The notes: generated from the letters alone by a model not told the origin. 64,000 nt of DNA from Tubulanus polymorphus (GCF_964204645.1 NC_134030.1:17112110-17176109); one strand, 5' to 3'; shown: positions 45,380-58,482, counted from the first letter of the stretch. Numbers and translations: made by a program.

Positions 45380-48300
45380 GGGGAGTTCGTGGGTATCTTC
45401 TCGCCTATCGAATCAGTCGATGTACATAGTGTGCAATACACTTCTGGTTTGTCGGAGACAGAGCTGCCTCAGACCCAGCAGGATCCCGATGATTTAAAGG
45501 CTCTTTACGACGAATTAAACGTCGATAGTCTGGAAATTTCAGAGGGTGATCGGGAGGATTTGAAGAGGGTACTAGCGCAGCATCAGGGTGTATTTTCTCG
45601 GGGGGATTTTGATATTGGGAGGACACCCCTCATTGAGTTTAAAATCGATACTGGGGAGCAGAAGCCGATTAAGCAGCATCAACGACGTCTGCCGCCCCAT
45701 TATGTAATTTGTTGAGGGGTACACCGCAGAACTGTGTGACCAAGGTCTTATAAGGCCATCCCAGTCGCCTTGGGCTAGCCCAATCGTCCTAGCCAAGAAA
45801 AGTGATGGCAGTTTGCGTCTGTGCTGTGACTACCTGCAATTAAATGACGTCACCACTAAAGACAGACATAGAATAGATTCTACCCTCGAGGCACTTTCGG
45901 GATCGTCATGGTTCTCGTCTCTGGATCTAACCAGTGGCTACTGGCAAGTGCCGATCCAAGATGTGACAAACCAAAAACAGCTTTCTGTTCTGAGAACCGT
46001 TTGTGGGAATGGAATGTTATGCCATTCGGTCTCACAAATGCTCCGGCCTGTTTCACACGGCTCATGTCTTTGGCTCTCGACAAGGTGTCATGGAAAACAG
46101 CCTTGATCTACCTCGATGACATCATAGTCCACTCTGCGGATGCGGCGTCCCACATTTCCAAGCTGTCCGAGGTATTCGGTTGTTTCGAAGCAGCAAATAT
46201 GAAATTGAAGCCAAGAAAATGTCACCTCCTCCAAAAGCGGTTAAAATACTTGGGCCATGTTGTGAGCGGGAACGGAATTGAAACTGACCAGGCAAAATTG
46301 ACAAAGTCCTAGGTTGGCCAGCCCCTACCAATGTATCAGAAGTACGAAGTTTCACTGGCCTCGCCACTTACTATTCTAGATTTATCAAGGGATATGCGGA
46401 AACGTGTAAACCCCTCAACCTGCTCACAAAGAAGGGTCAGCCTTTCGAATGGGGTATCAGTCAGCAAAGAGCATTCGAACAAATCAAATCTGCGTTGACA
46501 AGCCCTCCAGTACTGGCTTTCCCTGACTTTTCGGAGGGATCGGGGAAATTCATAGTTGATTGTGATGCTAGTTACTGGGCTATAGGTTCAGTTCTTTCAC
46601 AGTTGCAAGGCGATCACACGGAACGAGTAATAGTGTATGGGGGTCGAGTTTTGAGAGGCGGGGAGGAGAACTATTGCCACGAGGCGAGAAATGCTAGCTC
46701 TAGTCGAATCAATTGATTATTTCCGCCACTACTTATTGGGTGGTAAGTTGCTTGTCCGGACTGACCATGCAGCCCTAAAGTGGCTTCGGTCATCCAATAT
46801 TCAATCAGGCCAAGTCGCCCGCTGGAATGAAAGGCTGGCAGACTACGATTTCAACATTGAGCACAGGCTCGGGCGCAATCACCAAAACGCCGATTCACTC
46901 TCGCGGATTCCCAAGAGGGTCAAGCGTCATGGGGATTGCCCTAGTTGCGGCGTCACCGGAACTCCAACAGTGTCGTTTGTGCAAACGATTGGTAGAAGGG
47001 ATGTCCTAACTCAGGTCGAGATTGGTGATGCTCAGGATATTAGTCCGAAAGGGTTTGCATAAGCCAAACACTGATTCCCTGCGCCAGTATGGTTCGAACG
47101 CACGAATTCTCTTGGGCGAATTTGAACGCTTGGCAATGGTAGAAAACCTGCTTGTTCTGAAACCACTTCCTGGTGCCAGATTAGCCAAAAACTGGGTAGT
47201 TCTGCCAAATGTGCTATTACTTAAGGTCCTATCTAACCTCCATAATGGTATATCCAGTAAGCACTTAGGGACCACCAAGACAGAACGTAAAGTCCGCCAA
47301 CGGTTTTGGTGTTTTGGACTGGCGAAGGCAGTCAATAGCTTTGTCAAGCAGTGCCGTAAATGTCAGCAATGCAAAAACCCTCCTAAATGACCTTAAGCGC
47401 CACTGGTTCCGACGCCAATCGGTAGGAGAGGGCAAAGGCTGCATATCGACATTGTTGGCCCTCTGCAACGAACTAAGCGTGGGAACGTTTATATCATTGT
47501 GGTGCAAGGCGCTTTCATCAAGTGTGTTGAGGCCTGGCCAGCTAGAAACCACAAAGAACCAACAGTTGCCAGGAAGGTCGTGAATGAGTGGATCACACGC
47601 TACGGATGCCCCGAAAGTATTCATTCGGACCATGGATCCAATTTTGAATCTCGACTCTTCAGTGAGATGTTGAGCCTGCTTGAGATTGAAAAGACCAGAA
47701 CGACCGCCTATCACCCCATGGGAAACGGCCAGGTCGAGAATTTTAACAAGTCTATAAAATCAATGTTGACCACGACGGTGAATGACATGGGGAATGACTG
47801 GGACGAGAAACTTCAGTCCTGTTTGATGGCTTTTCGTTCCAGTGAGCAGGAATCGACAGGCGAAACGCCATTTTTCATGACATTCGGCAGTGAGATGACC
47901 TTACCACTGGACCTTTTAGTGAGCCCTCCTGAGGAACCTGTCCATCTGACCAAGTTTAGCCAGGACATGTGTAGAAACCTGACTGAAGCTCATCAGAGAG
48001 TCCATGACCACCTTGGAAAAGCCCAACGACGTCAGACAGCTAATTACGATAGATTTGCTCAGCGTGGGGGGTACAACGTGGGTGACCGAGTATGGAGGTA
48101 TAGCCATGCCCTCAAGACTGATGAGGCAGCCAAGTTCCATAAGCGCTGGATGGGTCCTTACATAATTGTCGAGAAAATCTCTGAGGTAACTTACCGCGTT
48201 CAGTTGGAGGGGGGTTTAGGAACCAAGGTTCGGACAGTGCATTTCAATGATCTGAAGCTCTGTCATGGACCCATAGTTGAGGTTTCCCCAAACAAGTCGC

Positions 48301-48383
48301 GGATGAAAAAACATAGACGCCTTAGACCCCACCAACCGCCAGTCCGTCCGTCAGCTCATCAAGGACGTGATACAGCTGGTTAA
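45380..48383 (+). pseudogene. pol: Gypsy pol (RT-RNase H-integrase), multiple frameshifts
   Basis: SPWASPIVL; LDLTSGYWQ; MPFGLTNAP; YLDD; DCDAS; RTDHAAL; HHCC; HSDHGSNF; TAYHPMGNGQVE; W.GPY. Confidence 0.95.
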
Positions 48384-49143
48384 GCTGTACTCACTGGCTC
48401 AGGAGCCCCTATTTGAATTGGTTGCGGGTGAGTTGGTGCAGTCATGTGTTGAACACCTTTACGACCCTAAAATGGTTGTGGTGGGTGCGGTGATTCAGGG
48501 AATTAAGGCAGCGGTCGCTTCGTCGAAGAGATCGCCCATCCACCTCTCAACTAGCCAGTTTAAGATTCTGAAAAGGACCTTATCCAGGTTTGTTGAGCAG
48601 TACGGTGGAATGGGCAGCGTCCTTGAGCCGAAATTTTCGGTATTGGGCAGTGCAGCGAAGGTCGGAGAGCTGAGGAGTCCGATTTTACTCCTCAGTGACT
48701 CCATGTTCAAAGATTCCCGATCCACAAGCAAACTGTTCATCATTGCTCACCCTGGGGAGCGTCTGGAGCAGCTGGAAGATGGGGTTAAAACAACACGAGT
48801 CACCTGTTGTGCGGTTGTTGTTAACCACGGTATCAATAACATCCGTAACTATGGCCAGACAACAGAGAATATTTATTCGCTGTACGCTGTTCTGGCCAGG
48901 AAATACCCGAACCTTCCACTGTTCCACCTTTGGTTGCCCAAAGCTCCTGTTATGAGAGGAAAGCGAGAGACGGTGGTCCCCATAGACCGAATCAACACGC
49001 ACTGCAAGAAAGCGGGATTTCTGACCATAGACCACCCTGACCTGGAGGATGCGGACTTCAAGGGAATCCACTACCGTCGTTCGGCTATGGAGATTGTCAA
49101 CCGGCATATCGTCACTGTAGTTAAGGGTCACTTGGGGATATGA
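48367..49143 (+). CDS. SGNH/GDSL hydrolase-like ORF3
   Basis: Blocks ILLLSDSM (I), HPG (II), NHGINN (III), DFKGIHY (V); between integrase and PPT. Confidence 0.75.
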   Translation: MIQLVKLYSLAQEPLFELVAGELVQSCVEHLYDPKMVVVGAVIQGIKAAVASSKRSPIHLSTSQFKILKRTLSRFVEQYGGMGSVLEPKFSVLGSAAKVGELRSPILLLSDSMFKDSRSTSKLFIIAHPGERLEQLEDGVKTTRVTCCAVVVNHGINNIRNYGQTTENIYSLYAVLARKYPNLPLFHLWLPKAPVMRGKRETVVPIDRINTHCKKAGFLTIDHPDLEDADFKGIHYRRSAMEIVNRHIVTVVKGHLGI

Positions 49144-50225
49144 TATGGTAGTAGGGTGGGCACCGTGCAGCGGTTAAATCACCATACTCTCCTTTCATTA
49201 CCCATAACTGGTTGCCCAGCTGACATGTTTTACCTCGAATTTTAGTACTGCCGTTGTTTTTGATTTTGATTTTTAGCTTACCTTGTTGCTACGGAATCAG
49301 ACTCATGTTGGAACTGTCTGCAGGAGACTCAACCAACCCGATGAACCTTCTGTGATTTCAGTGCTGTTCACCGACCTAGGCAAGTGTGTTGATTATTGAG
49401 CGAGTACCTTCAAATGGTTTAATCGCCTCAAATCTACCTCCAGTGGAACATAAGCTAGTGTTGGTGTATCAGTTTGGTCGCATTGGATAATTGGATTTAT
49501 TGCGAATTGTAAATACTGAATGTGTGTGTTGGCGTAACCCGTAGTTTATGACATTTTTGTAACGGACACTGAATATCGACATGATATATGAACTGTAAAT
49601 ACTGGACATATGTGCGGTCGTAAGCTACGCTTACGACACTTTTGGGGGGAGTGGTGTAACGGGTCTCGTACCCGTTTTAATGTATATAGTTTACCGTCGG
49701 TAATTAGTGTAATGTATAGTGGAATAAATCACCGCTAGGTGCGGTGTCTTAGAAGTGGAACCATTGTCCGAGTAAGTTCGTTGTTCTTTTCTTCGGGATA
49801 AATTGCCCTTTATAGCCTATTGTCAGAGCGTAAGTCATCCTTAAAGGTGGTATTAGCGATTTAGAAGACAGGATCATTACACATGAGACAAATTGATCTA
49901 GCCATTCAGTAATTTCTTCATTTGAATGTTCTCCAAATTTAGGCGAGTCCTTAATCCATACTACCATGTGATACGAGCTGACCCTCGCTCTTGCATTTCC
50001 ACTTTATAAAACATATCCTGAATCTCTCCAATTGGACTGTGAGGACTTTTGAGGACATTTCCTATAAATGTATGAACTCTTTGGTAAAAAATCTAGCACA
50101 AGTAATAGGGTCAGATTTGATAAGTCGAGAACGTTGTTGCCAGTCCATAGCTTCAATATCATCATCAGATTAGTCAGTTTCATCAATTTAATACTTAAAC
50201 AGTTTAACATTCTACAGGATTCATT

Positions 50226-52785
50226 GTATTACTCTTTTAATAATGATAAAAGTAAATATATAATTGAATATGATTTATACTTTTCCAGTGTTGGAAATAT
50301 AAAATATATTAGCTAAAGAATATGAAAATGTGCCACTTTTATTAGATATAAAAATAAATATGAATATTAATATGAATATTAATATGAATATGAATATAAT
50401 ACCCCCTTGTGTCTTTATGTCTTTAGTACTTTTAGTACATAAAGAATAAATCTTTATTTCATTAGTACTTAGAAAATAAAGAAACATATAAAATAAATCT
50501 TTGAGATGAATAAATATTATTACTGAAACAGTAATATGTAATAAATCTATGATATTTATCATTATTGGAACAGTAATATATAATAAATCTTTGAGATAAA
50601 TAAATATTATATTTATCATAATTGAATCAAATTTATATAATAAATATAAGATATTTATTACTGAATCAAATATATATGATGAATCTATGTGTGTTTGTTG
50701 ATTGTGTCTTTATTGTCTTTAGTAGATTTAGTACTTTTAGTACATAAAGAATAAATATCTATTTTATTAGTACTGATGAAAAATTATCTCCAAAAAGTAC
50801 TAAAACTACTAAAGACAATAAAGACACAGATTTATCATTACTGAAACAGTAATATTTAATAAATCTATGATATTTATTATTTTGAAACAGAAATATATAA
50901 TAAATCTCTGTGATAAATAAATATTATTATTGAAACTGGGTCTTTATCTCCTTAGTAGTTTAGTAGTTCTATTTTATTTTTCAACTACTAAAAAAATAAA
51001 GATTTATTCTTTATGTACTAAAAGTACTAAGCCTACTAAAGACAATAAAGACATAAGGGGGTATTAATCTAAATATTATATATCTTAATTTGAATTATAC
51101 AGTTTATCATTCAATTGATGAATATATGTATGAGTTTTTAAACTCTTTAAATTTCTATATATTTTATTACATATTTCACAACACTTAATATTATTTATTC
51201 GATCTGAAATATAATTTATGTTATCTCTCAATTCAGCGTATCTAATTTTACAGCTATCATAAAATCCTAACAACTGTTTTAATGAGTAAATTGAGAAAGA
51301 AAATAAACCTGAAATCATAATAATTGATTTAATATTCTGTTGATTTTTATATATTAGATGTAATAAGTTTAATATATTTTCATTCATTTATTTATTTAAT
51401 TAATTTACTAATCTGATTCGATAACTTTTTTATGATTATTTTTATTTCCATTTAACTTCTTTAACTTTTTACTCAATTTATTATTTTCATTAATCAAATC
51501 TTTTGAAATATTCTTATAGTAAAAGTAAAATGCAGCTAATATTTACCCTCCTGCTACAAGATAATGTTTCAAATCACTTTTCCCAATTGGGATGAAACCA
51601 TCCATTTATTTAAGAGAAAAATTAAACAGTTTATAAAATATTAAATATTTTACAATCATTTTTTAAATATTAAATATTTATGTGTTTCAAATCAAATAAC
51701 AATTAGACTTACTACTAATTCTTTATGCCGCTGAGAATTATATTTTTGCTTGTGCGTAATCAATTTTATCACCTGATATTCGTTATATTATTTTTTATCA
51801 TTTCTTTATCAAAAAATTTATTTGATATGTAAATATTTTCATCATTATGAATTAAAATTAGATGGCGTAATTGATTTCTAAAATATCTAGGATTAATGAA
51901 ATCAATAGTATATTCAGAATTATCTTTCAATAGTTCTAAACGCTTGCATTGCTTAATTTTCATATTGTTAAGTTTCATTTTTCTTGAATAATCAGATTCT
52001 TTACGTATATCACATACATTTAATGAAATCATTAGAATTTATCTTCAAATATTCAGTATATTTTTTCATCAATTCAAAATCCATTTCATCAATTATTTCA
52101 AAATGATTGTGTGTTATCTTATCTTCTTTACTTGGAAAATAGGTTTTTCTAATTTTGATAAAATAAAGTGTCTATCAGGGCTATGAACTCCTATCTTTAA
52201 CTTTTTGATAATGTTTTGTATCGAAGACAATTCAAAATAAATATTATTTAATACGTCTAATTGTAATGTTTTTATCAATTATTCTCTTAAATCAGTAGTA
52301 GTTTCATAAAAGCCTTGATCTGTTAAAATATAACTGAAATAAAGATCTGTTATACATTTACATTGAGTTGAAAAACCTCTAATTTCAAAAATTGTATTAT
52401 TTTCAATCCCGGATATTTTAGGAGTAAAATCATTTAATTTTACTTCAGGAATTATTTCAAGTTTTTTAAATTCTGTCTCAAATAATTCATTATCAATATC
52501 TAATTGTTGTTTTAATTCATTACAAATTTTATTTCTATTTTCACCGATATTTTCTTGTAATTGTTTAAGTTCTTTCTTTTCTTCAAATCTTTTAAACTCA
52601 CTTTTAGATAATAATTTTAAATCAAAATCTTCTTCAATATCAAGTGCATCTAATTTATAAAAAGGTTTAGATTTTATATTGTACCTCTTTTTTAAAGTTG
52701 TAAAACTAATTCCTGTTTCATGCAATTTAAATCCAAATATAAATTTATTTAATACTGTAAACATTGAATTAGTTGAAGATATAAC
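50226..52785 (-). mobile_element. AT-rich relic of a second Polinton-like/viral element
   Basis: Very AT-rich; minus-strand ORFs 52279-52785, 51769-52032, 51085-51387 (CEIC...HTYIH finger); TAATTTTT-N-TAAATG at ~51603-51625; AGTACT-rich nested inverted repeats 50398-51065. Confidence 0.5.
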
Positions 52786-52896
52786 AGTTGCTCCTTCAGA
52801 GGCCAGAGAGTACATGTTGACATCATCGGCCCCCTTAAGAAATCCAAAAAAGGGAACATGTACATCCCGGTGGCACAAGACGCATTTACTAAATAG

Positions 52897-53967
52897 GTGG
52901 AGGCATGGCCATTAAAGAACGAAAGGGCAGTGACTTTTGCGAGACGTATAGTGGACGAGTGGGTTACGAGGTATGGGTGCCCGGAGAGTATCCACTCTGA
53001 CAAAGGAGCCAATTTTGAAACTAGGATATTTTCCGAAATGTGTCACTTACTCGGTATCGATAAGATGCGTACCACCGCGTACCACCCCATGGGGAATGGA
53101 CAGGTGGAAAACGCCATCAAATCGTTGAAATCCATGCTCACCATGTCAGTCAATGAGAACGGTACCAATTGGGACTCTGAGCTTCCAGCTTGTCTGATGG
53201 CATTCCACTCAAGCGTCCAGGAAAGTACCAAGGAAACCCCCTTTTTCCTCACTTTTGGAGAAATGATGCTGCCCCTGGACATCATGGTCGGGATGCCGGA
53301 GGAACCAAAGACAGTCACGGTTTTCGCAGAAGAAATGGTTCATAGTTTGCAAAGTGCTCATGGGCGGGTCCGGGACCAAATTAAGTTAGCGCAGAGGCGG
53401 CAGAAGCAAGGCTATGACAGGTTCGCGAAACGCGGTGGGTTCCAAGTAGGGGACCAGGTGTGGCTTTACAGCCATTTCCTGAAACCTGCCGAAGCACCGA
53501 AGTTCCACCGGAAGTGGAAGGGTCCATTCCTGGTGACCGAAAGGATATCGGAGGTCACATACCGGGTAGTGCCCGTGGTCGGACGTAGGAAGCCCAAGGT
53601 GGTCCACTTCAACGATATGAAGCCCTATTTCGGGTACACTCCAGAGAGGGACGACGTCAAACGACCAGCCCGGACACGTAGGAAAAAGATGGAGCCAGTA
53701 CAACCAACAGAGGTTGAGGAAAATGACTCGGCCTCTTCGAGCCTTGATGGCGATGTCACCTGGGAACGGGCACCGAATCCCCAAGTGGACAGGAGGGCAC
53801 ATCTTAGGGACAACCAGGAAGTTGTCCGAGACCAGGAGGAGCAAGTAACAATTCCTCCACCTGGAGAACCTCCGCTTGAGGCACCGAATGCAGATGAACC
53901 CCGCCGTAGGTTGCTGCGACCTAGAGTGAACATCCGGCCTCCACAAAGGTATGGTGACTTCACCTAA
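52897..53967 (+). pseudogene. pol: Gypsy integrase core and C-terminus
   Basis: HSDKGANF; TTAYHPMGNGQVE; WKGPF; VHFNDMK. Confidence 0.92.
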
Positions 53968-54206
53968 GTGTGCTGTGTAGAACCCACTTGTGGCTGTCAT
54001 GAGAGGTTCCTACGAATACGACGGATGAAGAGTGTGTGGTTGGAAAGGGGGAGGAAATTGAGGGAGGCAAGAACAACACCATAGTATGGTTAACACTCTG
54101 AACCCCACAGATACCTATTCATGGTTTTCGTTTTCCCTTTCTTCATGGTTTTCGTTTTCCCCTTTCTTCATCTTTCAGACCTCTAACACCGTACCATAGG
54201 GATAGG

Positions 54207-55328
54207 ATGGACATCATACAGCTTGACCGAATGAATGTAGAGACTCGCAAGCTGAAACAACGCCTGGTCAAGGACACTCGGAGTTTCATTCAGTCTTTCA
54301 CCCGAAAAAAAGAGCTACAACCATGCCCAGACACCCGAAAGCTGGTGGACTCCTGCATTAAGCATTTATACGACCCCAGTCGTGTAGTGGTAGGGGCCAT
54401 CATCTGCGGCGTCAAAGCGTACATTGCGTCAAGACATGGCTGTACCCTGTCGAGAGCCAGGTTCCGGTTTTTGTCGAGAGAACTAAAGTCAATGGTTACC
54501 GAATGTGGTGGGTCAGCTCAGGATCTCGACCCGAAGCTGACACGCCTCGAGGAACGGGTAGTTGACTGTACAAGACAGCGACCCATCCTGCTACTCAGCG
54601 ATTCCATGTTCAAGGGCTGGAAGTCACCTGATATTTTCCTGATTGCCCATTGGGGTGAAGGTATCGGCGGTCTGATCCGGACCGTACAGCAGAGTCATGT
54701 TACCTGTTCGGCGGTTGTGTTCAACCACGGTGTTAACGACATCCGAGATTATGGGGAGACCACCGAGAACCTATACCAGTTATATGCCATGCTGGCCAAA
54801 CAATATTCTGGTACTCCTCTTTTTCACTTGGAAATCCCGAGGTTGTCTCCTGGTATACGGAAAATTGGGGAACACATTCGTCGGACGGACCGCATAAATG
54901 TCCACTCGGTTAGAGCATATTTCATCCAGATCGACCACCCTGACCTGGATGACAACGACTTTGTGGGTATACACTACCGCAAGAAGGCGATGGAGATCGT
55001 AGGCGACCATGTAGTCAGGACGGTGAAGGCCCATTTAGATGGGAGGTGGTACCCCACCACACCTAATTGGGGCCAATTTGGAATTTCATTGGGATGCACC
55101 GGACACCTGCCAATGGTACTCTGCTGCGTTCTGCTTGCTTCCCAGTTGCCCTACCTGTTCGGACACCTAATGGTGCCCTGTTGCGTTTTTCCTTTGCAAC
55201 CAGCCTTACCCTGCTCATCTGTGAACATTTTGTCTGCCGAATGTTTTTGCTTTTTATATTTTCAGGTTAGCTCCATACGTTGCCAGACTGGGGCCATCAA
55301 AACCGAAGTTGTTCAAGCGTTGCGATAG
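54207..55328 (+). CDS. SGNH/GDSL hydrolase-like ORF3 (tail after ~55045 probably read-through)
   Basis: ILLLSDSMFK, HWG, NHGVND, DFVGIHY; aligns by eye with 48367-49143 up to KAHLDG. Confidence 0.75.
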   Translation: MDIIQLDRMNVETRKLKQRLVKDTRSFIQSFTRKKELQPCPDTRKLVDSCIKHLYDPSRVVVGAIICGVKAYIASRHGCTLSRARFRFLSRELKSMVTECGGSAQDLDPKLTRLEERVVDCTRQRPILLLSDSMFKGWKSPDIFLIAHWGEGIGGLIRTVQQSHVTCSAVVFNHGVNDIRDYGETTENLYQLYAMLAKQYSGTPLFHLEIPRLSPGIRKIGEHIRRTDRINVHSVRAYFIQIDHPDLDDNDFVGIHYRKKAMEIVGDHVVRTVKAHLDGRWYPTTPNWGQFGISLGCTGHLPMVLCCVLLASQLPYLFGHLMVPCCVFPLQPALPCSSVNILSAECFCFLYFQVSSIRCQTGAIKTEVVQALR

Positions 55329-55959
55329 TTAATAGCTGGAGTAACGTGTAAATAGTGTGTAGTGTTTTGCTGGGATGGCTAACGCGGATTGCAATACCTC
55401 TCGTGGTTGCATCCATGGGAACACCTTTTAATGGTTGCCCAGGCTTTATCCATTTGTTGCGCGTTTGTTACGACCCTAATGGATTTTCGATAAGGATCGA
55501 GTAGGTGGTACGTCGGTGGCCACAATGGAGAAGGCGTCATTTAACCACGGCAATGGAGGAAGGGCATCCATTGCGAACAATTAAGCAGAACATTTACATT
55601 TATGAGACTGTGCCGGTAATCCAAACGTTTAGTTGTACATATTTTCCCAGGAGTCGAGCCACGGCCTCGACTCATTTTAGGGAGGGGGTGGTGTGGCGGA
55701 CTAGGCTTAACCGAGTCCGTATCCCTTGTTTAGTTTAGTCCGTATCCGTTTTTTTTATGTAAACCTGTAAGACAGGTGTCTTACAATCGAGTGGCAGAAT
55801 AAAGAAGCCGGGTTGTATTCTATTGTTCGTGTTTATTGATGGAAATCGGTCCACAAAAGGAGACATCCCATCCACATTCGTGAATCGAAGTGACCGAAGA
55901 GATTCGTTACAATATTTTTAAATTGAAATTATTCATTAGTAGTTTTCTTTCTATTTTAA

Positions 55960-56460
55960 GAAGTGAAGAAGTGTACCAGGTACAACAAGATGAATTTCGC
56001 GACTTTCGTTCATGGCTAAGTCAGATTTTCTTTTCCATTCGAAAAGCTGAAAATTCAGCAATACCAACAGTATTGGCAGACACAAAGTGGATTAATTTTG
56101 GAATCGGGGAAGAGGTTTTGAATGGACAGATCCAGGTAAATCAGTTAACTAACTGAGGTTTTTTTCTAGAAAAAAAAATTCCACATGCTTCTAATCCAAA
56201 GTTGCTGCTTTTATAGACCGTGTATAACAGCACTACAGCGTGGCTTTGATCTTCACACGAAGTAAATAATACACCTATGAAGGTTGATTATCATAAAGAG
56301 GGATTGGATTTGGACGATCTACCCCTTCAAAAAAGCCTTTGTACAATGAATACCCTCTACCTCTTAATAAGGCAAAAGTTGACGATTTGAAAAATATAGC
56401 AGAAAACTGGGTTGAACCTCACGCCAAAGACTTTTACCTAAATTTAACCTCCAAGTAATA
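55960..56460 (+). pseudogene. C-terminal fragment of a Sola-like DNA transposase
   Basis: FRDF..W; LYNEYPLPLNKAKVDDLKNI...EPHAKDFYLNL resembles Sola-type C-termini. Confidence 0.4.
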
Positions 56461-58482
56461 AACAGAAACTTACACTACTCACAAACTCTTTCGTTTTCTC
56501 ACGTGTGCTGCGTTTCTTCATTCCGACTCTTGTTAGGTTCATTTCAGTCATTGTTGAACGAACAATTTTCTGAAAGGGAGCATTATCTTGTTTATTATTC
56601 CACATAATGAATTATGAATCTTGCAAGAAGTGAAATGAAATTAAGATACATTCATTGTGCACTGAAATTTTGAATATTGATACTCACCAATATATTTCGT
56701 CACTGGGCCATTTTTGAGCCTTTTACTAGCTTCTTAGCAGCCAAACACGCGGAACTCACATTTGAGTTTTGTCTCCGTGGGGACAAATCAATTAGAGTAC
56801 TCATTAAATGAGACACCCGCTTGACGGGTACAGGGAGACAGGAATGTTTGAACATTCGTCTCCTCGAAACTGTTTGTTTCTTGGCCGTATTGCAATGATT
56901 GCCCCTCAAAGCTATACCGTAGAAGAGATATGTGAGGAGTACCATTTGAGATCGAGTTTAATTATATGGAAAAAATTAGAAAGTCTGGCTTGTCAGATGA
57001 TTAATGACTGACCAGATGCTTGGTGCAGTGTTTCGTTTGCACTAGGCGCGTAATTGCTTTGAACCTCATGGTCATCATATTCCTACATATATAAGTTATT
57101 TCAAAAGAATTCTTTTCTTGACAGAACTCTGCTGTCATTATTTCAGTCAGCATAATCATTCGAAACGTTCTTGCAGCATCATAACCAAAAATGAATTCAT
57201 CCAGAGTTAACAGCCCATTTCAAACTATTTTTCATAACAAAGAAAGTGGTTGAATGTTTCGGAGTGTTGTGACGCAGATTGTTTGAGGCAACGTGGATAC
57301 GAAGTGGTGAGTGAGAAAAACAATGAACATGAAATTGTTCTCTCCTTGTAGAATGAAGATATTACTTCAAATTTGTGACTTTGTGTCTAAACTTTGGGAT
57401 CATTTTTATGATCTGTTAGGGAAAACTGCTTAACATAAAAACTTGGGCCTTAAGAGTCGGTGATTAACCGGTTGATTAATATCACGGTTATGTTACATAA
57501 ATTGTCACCATGTCATCCACCAGGGCAGTATCTTTGATTAAAGCGTGTTTTTTCTATCATCTTGACTTAACGAATCAAAAGAAAATGAAATATTAAAAAA
57601 ATTGTGCATGTTTTTTTTGTATTGAGAACAGATCAAAGGTCTATTCTCAATGTAATTGGAACATGCAAGATTTCGTTTTCATTTTGTTGTTTTTATTTTG
57701 ATGTCCTTTCATGCTATGTCCACATCTGGGCGGCATTTTTGAAGTAAATTATTAAATCCAAATGCAATGATGAGTTTCTCCTCATGTCTAGTTTATGAAA
57801 TTGGGTCTATATCCAAGCAGTGATAATTCCATACTCTTTTGACCAAAAATCTACCCCTCTATGTCATGAATCATTTAAAGCGTTACATATAATCTTGCGC
57901 TGTACAAAAATAATCAGTTGTTTGAAATTACTAGACTCATCCATAATCAATTGATGGAGTTTTTTTTATAAAGGACAGTTTGTTCAAATTATTAGACAGT
58001 ATAGATTTAACATATGCGTGTTTTATTCTTCGTTGTTGGTCAGAAAATTGATAATCATATAACGAATTTTTTGAATCCTATATTCATAACAGTTGATGTG
58101 TACAATATGCTTAAATGATTAGAAAAAAAACATATTGACCACTAGGCCTTGTCTGAGCTGAACCCGGTTATCCGTATTCTGTTGAGGCCTAACAACATTA
58201 CATCGAACGCTCGATAAGATTCTGCATTTTATCCCGGCACTATCCCTGTGTGATAAGAGATTTTGCACTAGGTTTGGGTTTATCACCATTTTGAATAATG
58301 CTGAGACTTTTAACCGGTCTTTTCAGCAACTGGCCTCGGTCTTTGGGCATATTATCAACTGCAGTGTCATAAATCATGGAACTTATTTTAGTTCACTCAT
58401 ATAAAAAATGTCATAATCATTTTAGGTAAAAGAGATACGAAAAAAATTTGATGAAGAAAAAACGTATGAATTACAAAGTCGT

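Larger units (their letters stand above)
44913..49881 (+). mobile_element. Gypsy LTR retrotransposon (gag/PR deleted) with SGNH ORF3
   Basis: LTRs 44913-45081 and 49655-49881 (TGTAAC...TTACA); TSD CATG; PBS TGGTGGCAGCG at ~45083; PPT GGGGGGAGTGG at 49644-49654. Confidence 0.93.
41413..50225 (-). pseudogene. Helentron (Helitron2) Rep-Pif1 helicase-AP endonuclease, degenerate, both ends lost
   Basis: LIKSDPITCARFF; EMQERGS..W (HUH motif 2); QRHKHS..C...CRFGFP; QFVLDPY..YI.SY..K; GGAGVGKS; IIDE; FGG...GDLFQL; endonuclease NAQSL, ESRL, LGDFN, PTTD...ID. Reading continues across the Gypsy insertion. Confidence 0.88.
52785..55876 (+). mobile_element. 5'-truncated Gypsy element (integrase, SGNH ORF3, PPT, 3' LTR ~55692-55876)
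   Basis: Integrase homologous to 47499-48383; PPT AGGGAGGGGGTGG; LTR TGTGG...CCACA with AATAAA at ~55798. Confidence 0.85.

Noticed and set aside
48367-49143. env gene
   Set aside because: No signal peptide, furin site or TM anchor; motifs fit SGNH instead.
52279-52878. Single 199-aa gene
   Set aside because: Chimeric: the first ~30 codons are antisense Gypsy integrase, the rest is the AT-rich relic.
53043-54000. Antisense ORFs over Gypsy integrase (and similar ones over pol, PLE and hAT)
   Set aside because: Shadow frames of real coding sequence with no independent motifs.
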